DNA of 64,000 bases from Stylophora pistillata (Eukaryota): NCBI RefSeq assembly GCF_002571385.2, contig NW_019217821.1:1020635-1084634 (forward strand), in the 5' to 3' direction. Below the pieces are notes generated by a model. It made no database searches. It saw nothing but the letters and a program-made list of their open reading frames with translations, and was not told the origin of the DNA. This document shows positions 53,564 through 64,000 of this stretch, one piece after another (the stretch's first letter is position 1; the number at the start of each line of letters is the position of its first letter). A program made the position numbers and the translations under genes.

Positions 53564-55886
53564 GATGCGTTAATGCAGTCGGTTCTTTATCAAAAGCTGC
53601 ATGTCGAATATTATCCTTAATTGTATTTAGGGAGTTTCATGGCTTCGTCTTGTATCTGTTTTCCTCAATTTCAACTCAGATCACCACGTTACATTTTTCC
53701 CTTCTCTTGACACCTACAACAAAATTACTATCAACAGTTACCATACATACACAAAAAAAAAAAAAATTTGGCGTACGTGAGCAGATAGACGTCAATTTGT
53801 GCAGTCATCAAAGGCAATTGGGCGTTAATTCTCCCATTTGTGTAATGACATTCGCCCCTTAGTCGACACCTAATTATTAACGATTAAATATGCTTGTGAC
53901 AGTAATTTTATCAAAACCTAATGAGAACGGAAAAAAATTAGTATTGAATTTCTTTGCAGGTGCCCAAAAATGTTTGAACAACTGCTTTGTTGGGTGAAAT
54001 TGCTGCTCTAACCTGACATTAATCAGTACGTGATAACATTATTGCCTCAGGCCATAAATTTCTTTGGCAGGATAAAAGCTGACTTAAAAGGAAAGTGCTG
54101 TCAAAGGTATGGTCGAAAAACAAAGTTGAGATTGGAAGAATAAAAAAAAGGACGCAATGAGCACCTCTGATTCTTTTGCGCCAATCATTTACTCCAATGT
54201 TTCTCATTAACTTCTCTCAAATTTTAAATTATCTTTCATCATCATTTTCAAATCCATCTCCTCTCCCTTTATTATCCCATCATCGATTCGCCTTTTCCAA
54301 ATGCACCCCAGAGACATGATCTGTCATTAAATCATAACTGTTCTCAAAATTTATCATCGTGAACCACAACCTAACAGAGCCGTTTTTGAATAATAATTAT
54401 AATAATAATAATAAAAAATCTTAGCTAAGTAAAACTATTAAACTGTTTAAAATGCTGGAAAAGGCATTCGACAGGAATGTTCCCTTAAATGAGGGTTCAG
54501 ATTGGATTAACCATCACCAGTAAAACGGAAAAAAAAAGTTTGACGACAAGCGTAATATCTAAAAAAATTTGACTGTAAGTCTTTTAATCGCAACGGAAAG
54601 AACTTAACCGTTAGTTCTAAAATGGCCAAAACTTTAATCATCAGCCGTAAGAGCCATTACCCTTGCCCACTGAGACCATCTTAAATGCTTATCAAATTTA
54701 CTTAAAAAAATGTTTTTTTCCTCACCTCGCCCTTAGAGATCAGATAACCCAATCTAATGTTTATCGAGAAGGTATACTGGAGGTTCACTGTAGTTTCTTT
54801 ATATTGTATATCGATACCACTTTCTTGGTAGCTCTCACCCTTTCGGCAAATCGGTTTTAAAGAAACTGAAGAAAGTTTAGGAGAAATTCACTGTTTTGAA
54901 GTACAGATAAATGTTAAAAAGGCATACGAAATCTATTATTTTCATAATGACATATATATCATCTTGACTGATAAAGGTGAATTTTAATGTTGCGTGTTTT
55001 GGGCGCTAAAAACATGAAACAACTTTAATTTTTTTTTTATTTTAATCAAAGTTACCCTAAGAATAAATATCTCATCCTACCCAAAACCGTTCAGCAGAAT
55101 TCGTAAGAATCAACGAAAAAAAAAAAAAAAAAAACGCGATGATAAAAAGAGAAAATGCAATTTAAATTTCTTTATAAATTTGAGTACACAAGGAACGATA
55201 TTTGGTTTTCAAGGCAAAATTATTGATATCCCTACTCACTAGTCGAGAAAAAAAAAAGGAGAAAGAAGACGAGAAAGAAAAAATAATTTCCTATCTCACC
55301 TCAACCGTGGCAATCCCAAAAATTCAAGATTTAGTGCCCTTGCTGTGCATGTTAAGTATGAATCCACTGAGAGTTTATTTGACATATAAGTGACTATCCA
55401 ATATCGCATTTATTTAATTAATATCTCAGGGAAAAAAATTTCCGACAATGGAACGAAAGCTTATTCAAGAAAACTGCTGATTGGTGCAATAGAGAAATCT
55501 ATCTTTACAAAGGAGATTGGAGTTTTAAGAGTTCATTGATATAGTATATAATCCCACTAACTCGAACTCGGTTAACAAGAACCCTCTCCCCGGTAACTCG
55601 AACAAGACCCGATTTTCCTTGACCCCATTTTTTTCAGTCATTTACCATCATCTATTTCCAACCCCTACAAACTTGAGCCATTCTTTATTTCCCTTGGTAA
55701 TGCGAGTTAGACACCGGGTTATTAGCGAGGTTCTACTGTGATGAAAAGCAATCTTCTTGGATATGGATTTTATATATTCGAAGATTTCCCCTCTGTCCAT
55801 CTTCATGGAGGCTCAGAAGCCAATTATTTGCAGCTTCATGTTTACATTTTGAGTGAACTTTTTTTCTCAGCCTCTATTACCCAATA

Positions 55887-56212
55887 ATTTGAATATGTCA
55901 ACAAAGTTGAAATGGTAAATTGGCCACCGTATCAACGAACGTACGCTTTTCATTTCACTAATTTATTCGTGTTTTTCTCGTTGCCATGTTCCCACCAATC
56001 ACGTAGCTCCTTTTTCTACCTTTAAAAGCAGACACAACCCACAACTCCGATATTCGCTCCAACGAAGGGCTAATGCTCGAAACGTCAGCTTTTATAATCG
56101 TAACTGTGGCTAATTTACCATTTCAACTTTGTTGATATATTCAAATTATTTCGTTACCCCCACCGATGCAGCCCCAAACAGTTTCTTTAGAAACTATTAG
56201 CCTTTATTCATT
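55887..56212 (+). mobile_element. Penelope-like 3' fragment with 5' inversion and degenerate hammerhead motif
   Basis: 14-bp TSD TCTATTACCCAATA at 55873-55886 and 56213-56226. 55885-55928 is the inverted copy of ~56105-56151. Motif GCTCCAACGAAGGGCTAATGCTCGAAACGTCAGC at 56056-56089. Confidence 0.75.
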
Positions 56213-57159
56213 TCTATTACCCAATACATACATAATTCACGTGTAATAATAAACATACCTTTTTCAAATTTCAAAAGGAAGTCACTACGAAGTCATTCAG
56301 TGACGACGGAAGCCAAGAACATCAACAAACAAAAACAAAAAAGAAACCAGAAACACAGAAATCCTAGATGGCAAAGGAAAAAATACCTCCGGCATTTCAA
56401 GTGGATTTATTCCTTGAAAATAGATAGAAGGTTTGCACTTTTTATATAAAAAAAGAACTGCTGGCATAGTCAACAACAAGCATATTTTTGAGCATAGCTT
56501 AAAAAAATCGGCCAGTGCTGGAAGTATACTAGCACAACCATTCAGGGCCTGAATTGATATCAAGACTACTTTTTGCTAGGGTTTGAAGTCACGAGATATC
56601 AAGTTATTTCATTAACCTTAATTTGAACAATGTCAAAGGATTTGAGGTGGACATCTTAAAGGAGAAGTATATCCAGAAACCATAGTATTTTGATCTCCCT
56701 CAAATAAATACAGAAAAAATAACATAGAATGTTATCACGATGACTGTTGTTTCAGATTCCATCTGCAAAGTGTACTATGAACGACGCGTGGTGGCCTCGC
56801 AAGTGCAGCCAAGTCACTAAGCTGTTTTCAAAATGACAGCGTCTACAATGGAATTGTAAGCATACTTGAAGACAATTTTCAAAGAGTTAGGCTATTTTTC
56901 TCGAAACGGGAAAAGAGGTAAATTTTAATATATACTTCTTTCAATCGCGGGGATGAAAATGATATGTTTTGCAGAGCATGTGATGGCATTGAATTGAGGA
57001 TTGAGCTGAACTGATACGCTGGCTCTCCAACTTACTCCTCGGGGATTTTTATATATTATGTGACCAATCGATTATCAAGAATCTTCGAACCAGGTGATTT
57101 TGTATGGTTATTCATTTTATCGTGTTTGTTAAATTCAACAAATCACTAATTTACTGACT

Positions 57160-57380
57160 ATCGGGGGGTCTCAGTGAGGTTAAATGATAGCCGTGAAACG
57201 GCCAAAGAGTTTTGTCGGTTTTAGTTGTAAAAGTTGACAAATTTTCACCGATGATCGTAACAAGAGTTAACCGTGAAAAGTATTTCTGGTGACAGCAAGG
57301 GAATGATATCAACTGTAAGCTGAAAGAAATGGCTAGAATTTTAACCGATAGCAATAAAAGCCATCACCAACTGAGACCTT
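57160..57380. repeat. Dispersed repeat family (related copies at ~54490-54680 and ~63020-63145)
   Basis: Shared GGGTCTCA...AACCGT...GCCAT(T/C)AC...TGAGACC motifs. Confidence 0.5.
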
Positions 57381-57927
57381 CATATCGGTCTATCATGATT
57401 ACCGTTTGATTCAGGGAACTAATTCAACAAATTAACGCGATTGAGCTGCAAATAAAAATTACACGAACACTTATGCTTGTTGTTTTCATTTGCAGTCGGA
57501 TCATTTTTATCTTAATTTGTTTTACCGTAGAACTCTAGCAATAAATAGTGTCTTTATTAATTGACGTCATTGTAATTCTTAAAACCCCGGAACGTCGTTT
57601 ATTTGTTTTATACATGTCGTTTACTAGTTTATGTTTCTCGAAACTTTTTTCAGTTTGCCAGTGCAAAATAAAGTCCATTTTCTTTGTTTTTGTTTGCTTA
57701 TTTTACTCGCGGTATTTTACGCCCTTACTCAACGCTAAAAGATGATTTCAAAAAACCGCAACATAATTTCACTCGTGATTCATCAACTTATTTATAATTC
57801 ATGCCTCTTTAAGAAATTGTAAACGAATCCGTAACCAAACCAATCAGGTTACACAAGATGATACTTGCTTTAGAAATAACGTCCGTATCTTCCACAGCCT
57901 TAGATAATAGTCATCAGCTTTTCTAAC

Positions 57928-60900
57928 ATGATGTGGATTTTGAATGCGATTTTTTTTCTGAATTTTATCGATACAAAAGTCAGTGGCGCAGAAGTTGACG
58001 GTTCACAAATCTTGAAACGCGACAGAAAAGACGGTGTTAATTACGCCAAATTTGTTGCGCATAACTTTAATTATTTGGATCTGCCACCCTTATTTTCAGC
58101 TCTCGTGAGTAAGATTGGAGAGTGCGGTTTACTATGTGTAGATCACCCCTCCTGTTTTTCCTTTAACTGTGCGGCATTCTTTGATAACGTGCACAGAAAG
58201 TTGTCTTGTCAACTTTTGCACAGCGATAAGTACAACAAATCAAGTAAATTTTCTTCAAGCCCAGCATTTCATCATTTCAGCATCAAGGTATGTTTGTGAA
58301 GAAATCAGTATTCTTGATTTTTCTCTTCACGCGTAAATTTTGGTTGGGCCGGAACAGATTTAGTGTTGAGTATTTAGTCTGCTATATTTGTTATACATTT
58401 TTTTTTTCATTTCAGTCTGTAATTTCACCCTTCTAAAAAGGTGAAACATCAAATTCAAGGCTTTTTAGTCACCGGAAGAGCCGTTTAAATCATTTTTGAA
58501 ACATTCAGTTTTAGCGTTAACAAATTAGTGCATGTGACTGCAATAGTCGATGTATTTACCGTTTATCTGTAATTTTTTCCCGCCAAATCAACAAAGCTCA
58601 TAATGATGATTTTGAGACTCAAACAAAGATGCATTTCTTAACAAAAATAAGGCCAAATAGGTTTAGCCTCCGTGAATAACTTGTTTTTCTGCCGACAGAG
58701 TCATTGTTCCAGCGATCCTTGTTTAAACAATGCGACTTGTGTGGCTAAGTACGCAGAATACAAATATTCGTGTGAATGTGCTCCAGGATTCATTGGAAAG
58801 AACTGTGAAGGTGACATGGGAATTTTTTCTTAAATGTTTCTTTCAAGACTTAAATAAATTAGTGACACCTAAGTTCTTTATTTACATCGCACGCTGAGTT
58901 TGAAACCGAAGATCCATAGCACTGCATTAGATTATAGCCATTCAGTGACTAGTTGACCAAAAGGAAATTTCTAGGGTTAGAGTTGAGAAGAAAGAAAAAT
59001 ACGAACCCGCGCGTGGATACTGCTTCATACAATAATAACTATTCTGAGCTGCGATCGTAGGAAAAGTTGGCGGACGGTGCTGAGAACTGCCATTATGTAG
59101 ATCCTGAAGATGAAAAGAGTAACAAGGAACCTAAGGTGTCGTACTCTTTGCTGCCGCCTGAATCAAATTTTTGGATGGTTACAAATCAAAAAATTGACGA
59201 TCATAATGGAGAATTAGCTTACAAATCATCGGCTTAATTTCAGAATAACTGTCCTTGTAAAATTCTGTGATATAGGTTACACAAATGTACTTAATGAGGT
59301 GATATTTGGAAAATTTGCATTTATATCGAGATTTGACCGCTTCTTTCATTACCAATGTGGAACTCTTTGAAAGTTAATTCATGATTCTGTTTAGTTTGCT
59401 TTGTCAATATAACACGGTCATCATACTGTAAACGCAAACTCTAAAGTATTGTTTGCATCTGAGCGATTTCCAATTGAATGTCGAAAGGAATCTGGGATTG
59501 TATTGGTTTAGTTTTTCTTAGCTCTGTGATTGATCCAGAAACTCGCGCCACTCTCTCAACCAATCAGATGTAGACCTAAATTCAATTTCGACTAAGCTCG
59601 CAACTTCCCGCGCTTGGGAAGTTTAGTTGGTTTAACTTTGAGTTCTCATTTACGAAACTCAAACGAAAAGCATTCTGAGCCTAGTACCGACTATGAGCTG
59701 TCCTTCTATTTTGTACCTCAGTGGAATTGCACATTTGATCGCTGTTTGGACAGAATAAAAATAGTTTTATCAATGTTCTTGTTCCTCTATATTTTTCATG
59801 CCATTATCCACGTCGACCTGTTTGGTTCATCTTTATGTTAGATATCGACGAATGTTTCGGTAATCCATGTTTGAATGGAGGAAGCTGTGTCGATGGCATA
59901 AACAAATATTACTGCAACTGCCCTTTATACTTCACCGAACCAAGATGTGAAACAATAGGTTAGGTTCACTTCATCTTCCATTCTAGAGTATGTATAGTTA
60001 AAGAGCGGTAACACTGTTAGGAAAGTTCAATAGCATGGAGGGAACCCTCAGGATGTTACGGTTAGCAAAGTGAAATGCCTTCTGCGCGCAAAACGTAACA
60101 CGAGTGATAAAGTTACGATCTATTCTTGATAGCTATGGCTCTCGGGGGCGAATTACTCACACGAATCATGACCCGAAGTAAAGAAAAACTAAATCAAATT
60201 TCGTCAGAGCATCTAGACGTTAAATCAAAACCCTTGTTTTCTGTTCCTCGCAATTGAAATTGGTCAACTGAGTCGAAGTCTGTGGTTCTTGTTGATCTCT
60301 TCATAACGTTTCTCCATTATTTGTGCTCTGCTTTTTTAACAGCTGTTTGTTCAGTTCTCTGTTGCTCCGAGGACGAAGGTTTGTTGAAAGAGACTACGGA
60401 GATCACTTCATTTACTTTTTGTAATAAAACTCAATCGGATGTAAGTTGTCACTTAGTGGCCATAGGCAGCCACGACCCGGACTCAAAAGGGAAATACTTT
60501 GATATTGTTTTTAATCCCTCGATAAGCATAGGAACTAATTAAAAGGAGGAAAGCTGGTAGTGTAGTACGTTTTCCTTGTATCTCCATCAGATGTAGCTGG
60601 CCTTGTTGCCTTCTACCCATTCAACTCAGCTTACACTACAAAAGACATGCTGGGAAGTCAGCCAGACGGAATTGTCTCCAACGTGCAGCTTGCCGCTGGA
60701 CCCAAGGGGAATACTGGGGGCTCGTATCGGTTCCTAGGTTCATCTAACAGCTACATTGAACTCCCCAACAACGGAGGACTAGACACGATGTACTCTTTGA
60801 CAATAGTGATGTGGGTTTACCCTGAAGGACCAGAGGATGGGCCTATCTTCAACTACGGGACTTCGACTTATCCTTGGGGGGTTCATTTTTGGATAGCGGG

Positions 60901-61222
60901 TGGAAATTTTTTTTTCCGTTCAGTAGATAGACACGGTAATATGTACTCCATCACAACAAGCCCTGCAACTTCAGATCAGTGGCGTTACGTCGCTGGTTCC
61001 TACGACTACAACACAGGAGTGGCCAGACTCTGGATCGACGGAGTGGAAGTAACGCAAAAAACCGTCGGAGTGTTTCAACTGGCTACCGACCTCAATGTCA
61101 GGATTGGTGAGAAAACTGATGATATTAGATATTTTAAAGGGAGAGTCACCGGAATACAAGTGTACAACGTAGCACTAAGTCGAGACCAGATAATGACTGT
61201 AAAAACGAGAGGGGAGGATTGA
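57928..61222 (+). CDS. Secreted PAN/Apple - EGF - Ca-binding EGF - LamG/concanavalin-like lectin protein
   Basis: Exons: 57928-58287 (signal peptide; ECGLLCVDHPSCFSFN...SCQL), 58699-58810 (CSSDPCLNNATC...CECAPGFIGKNCE), 59842-59958 (DIDECFGNPCLNGGSCVDGINKYYCNC), 60591-61222 (LVAFYPFN...SLTIVMWVYP...WRYVAGSYD...LWIDG...YFKGRVTGIQVYNVALS). Phases 0/1/1 are consistent. Confidence 0.88.
59459..59650. repeat. Dispersed MITE-like repeat
   Basis: GAGCGATTTCCAATTGAATGTCGAAAG...TGTGATTG...CTCGCGCCACTCTCTCAACCAATCAGATG...TCCCGCGCTTGG; recognised as a typical anthozoan repeat motif set (from memory, not searched). Confidence 0.45.
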
Positions 61223-61835
61223 ATTCGTGTAAAGGATCAACAGTGCAGTAGTCTGCTTCATAGCCAACTTACTCGCTGCCAGAGACGCGTTTGGTACAAC
61301 AGCTTCGAGAAACTCCAGCCATGATGAATTGTACTTTTTTAAGATTTTTAAGTGGCAAATCGAAATCTGAAATGAAAAAAAACAACACGAAGTGTTTCAG
61401 CTGTCTCCAATTCTAAAACCGGATCAGAAGCTCCTTTTTTGCAACCCTCTGACTAATATTTAGTCGTAATTTTTCCTCAGTCACCTCTAAGACTGGTGTA
61501 CCGAGGCGACTCAGAAGTATTTTGGGCGTTCGGTTTGTCCATTAAAATTATGTATCAGAGAAAATTAACTTATTGAACCTGTTTGTGTGACTTTATTGTT
61601 TTTTATAATCATACAGACATAAGAACACGTGTGCTTACAGGAAAAATGCCACAGCTGTTATTCCTGCCACACAAAGATGCAAAAAGGATTATCGTTACTT
61701 GTTATGTTCACTAAGTTACTTATGATAAATTTTTCAACTCATGCAATAAAGTAGAAGGAAAGATAACTCACTACCTATTCGTGTTTATATGGCTGATTCA
61801 ACATCACGGTTATCCAATTAAAAACTGGATCAATA

Positions 61836-61868
<33 letters not shown>

Positions 61869-61989
61869 TCATTATGGTATATGAGCCAATATACCATATA
61901 CTAATATCTGTACATTGTAACATCCAATTTCTTCTTACAAAATAAAGTCGAGAAGATTTGTCTAATGTCTTGGGGGCATTTTTTTAAGA

Positions 61990-61992
61990 AAA

Positions 61993-62029
<37 letters not shown>

Positions 62030-62054
62030 AGACAGCCAACTCGGCGCTACCGGT

Positions 62055-62091
<37 letters not shown>

Positions 62092-62113
62092 GATCGTGGA
62101 ATGATTGTTAAAT
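61990..62113. repeat. Long hairpin (terminal structure of a Crypton-like element, tentative)
   Basis: AACAATTATTCCACTCGCGCTTGTTGGATATGAGATGATAGACAGCCAAC ... GTTGGCTATCTATCATCTCATATCCAACGCGCGATCGTGGAATGATTGTT. Confidence 0.7.
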
Positions 62114-62397
62114 ATTGACTAAAAATGATTTACTCGATTCAAGAAATATCGACCAAAGTTCGAAGGAGCAACTGATGAGATTCAAGCAGTAGACAATGCT
62201 ACGAAAACGGAGAGAAAAAAATGAAACCAAAAAACACATCCGGTACTTACAATACCAAATGCAAACCGTTAAGTTAATGGTATATAATACGATGAGGGGT
62301 TGTTCCTCGTGGGTAAACTTGCGTGATAAGCTGTATGTTCAGATTTTCCACATCTTCCGATCTCAGATAGGGGGTAATCAAAACTCGTTTCCAGAAT

Positions 62398-62960
62398 ATG
62401 CCAAAAACGAGTCACTCGATAGTCAACCAGTCATTAGAGGCTTGTGAACATCTTTCCTTTTCAGCTTGGGAGTCAAGATACCTAACAGATGTTACCCACA
62501 ACAACCTCGTCGCTGTTATCTGCATCAATTCTTTCTCAGCCATCATAGCCATGATTTTGAATGCACTGGTCATTATAGTTCTAACGACGAGACAGCAACT
62601 GAGAACCCCCCAGTGCCCCACAAAATTCTTGTAATATCTTTGGCAGGAAAAGATTTTCTGGTTGGCGTACTCGTGCAACCATTTTGGGTGGGACAGAAAC
62701 GAATCACATCCCTGGTCGCCGACCGTTTTGTATTTTCGATACAGTATTGCGGATAATCGAAATGGGAATTTGTTTGGGGTCACTTGGCCATCTTGTGTTG
62801 ATTAGCGTTGAAGGTCACATTTTCATTAAGCTTTCCCTAACATATGTCGCCGTCGTAACCGAGAAGAGAGTTATATGCTGGCGAACTGACGGCCTGGGCT
62901 GTTTTAGCGGTTGGGATCATTGCAACGATCTTTCGGGCCTTCATAAACACTGAACCAGCC
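62398..62960 (+). pseudogene. Frameshifted, truncated class A GPCR pseudogene (TM1-TM4)
   Basis: Three frames join into AIIAMILNALVIIV...LRTP / ILVISLAGKDFLVGVLVQPF / CLGSLGHLVLISVEGHIFIK..LTY...VTEKR. The ERY motif has decayed and TM5-7 are missing. Confidence 0.8.
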
Positions 62961-64000
62961 TTCTATTCATTGCGATCCAGAACTCAAAGTGCCAAGCGGT
63001 AAAAACAAGATCTGAAAGACGTTCAGACCATTTGACGGTTTAACGATTAACGGTTGAGAGTAAAAACTAATGCGGCCTTTCTGACGATCGAGGGTTGAAT
63101 TTTGGGCCGCTTGATGGTTAACGGTTAACCCCATGAGACCCTCTCAAACTGGTTAACCAATGAAAAGCACAGTCTACGGCTGGAAATATTTCATTTGCGA
63201 AATACATGTGACAGAAATTCCACTGATACCTTGAGGCTAACGAGTTGAACACTCGCACCACATTAGCTATAATCATATGTGTTGGAAATAATGTACAAAA
63301 TTTAGAATGAACTTTCTTTTTAATGAAATTGCCTCAATTTATTTCAACATCACACGTTGCATTATATTTTTGATAACTTATTATATAACAAAAGATGGAA
63401 ACCGAAGGCTGTTTTCAAAATCGTCTTGATATGCTTCGAGGTTCGAAAGGGAAATGGTTTACACTTGACACGTGATGAAGCCCAGAATTAATTATGTGAC
63501 GCGTGATCTTTACAAAAGGGCAATTGCAAGATAAGGTGAGGTCTATAGTTCTTCCTTTTAAATTCTTGACTAGCAAAATACTGATTAACTACACGTGACG
63601 CGTAAATTTTTCAAAACTTCTTGCGTGAAACAGAATTAGGAGCCTCCCTTTGCAACCCTGTCCACGAATCCGCGATTGGCGTCTAAGACCAACAAATTAT
63701 TTCTTAGAAAACAGAAACATTTCATTTTTTGCCGAAAATTGTTTTTATCCGTCGACACAAACGCAACAAAACGGGGTTTTTAAACAATTCGATACAAATA
63801 GTTGTTTTGGGTGACCGTTTTCACCTGATATGTGTGCATAGAAGGCCTATGCCGGAGAAATTCTCTGATGCCAAATAAAATGGAATGGTCAGTGTCAGAC
63901 AGTTTTATAATAATTGATCTGTCATATTTATCCAGTCCTTTGGTCGGCTGGTGACGTGACTGACTGGGAAGTAGTTCTTACGTACTCTTGTGAAAAAGAA

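Overview
This is AT-rich, intron-rich animal genomic DNA. Repeat families and gene content suggest a scleractinian coral or other anthozoan (inference). Gene models were assembled by eye from GT-AG sites and homology. In order: the 5' part of KIBRA/WWC (-, runs off the left edge), an EFCAB11-like gene (-, intronless CDS), IK/RED (+, about 22 exons), DCTD (-), Shroom with PDZ and ASD2 domains (+), an intronless class-A GPCR (-), a secreted PAN-EGF-EGF-LamG protein (+) and a GPCR pseudogene (+). Introns are full of MITEs, LINE/SINE fragments and Penelope-like pieces. Six observations stand out. (1) An inverted tandem array of a 251-bp tRNA-containing unit, cut at permuted positions and bounded by a single 12-bp TSD. 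(2) Penelope-like inserts carrying minimal hammerhead ribozyme motifs, with the same inverted, long-TSD geometry. (3) An AcademH-like element with a RecQ helicase relic and a 9-bp TSD. (4) A WWC-DCTD-Shroom(-IK) linkage that matches vertebrate neighbourhoods. (5) A candidate U12 intron in IK. (6) A frame-preserving tandem duplication inside KIBRA that may be an assembly artefact. Coordinates were counted by hand, and repeat boundaries are approximate.
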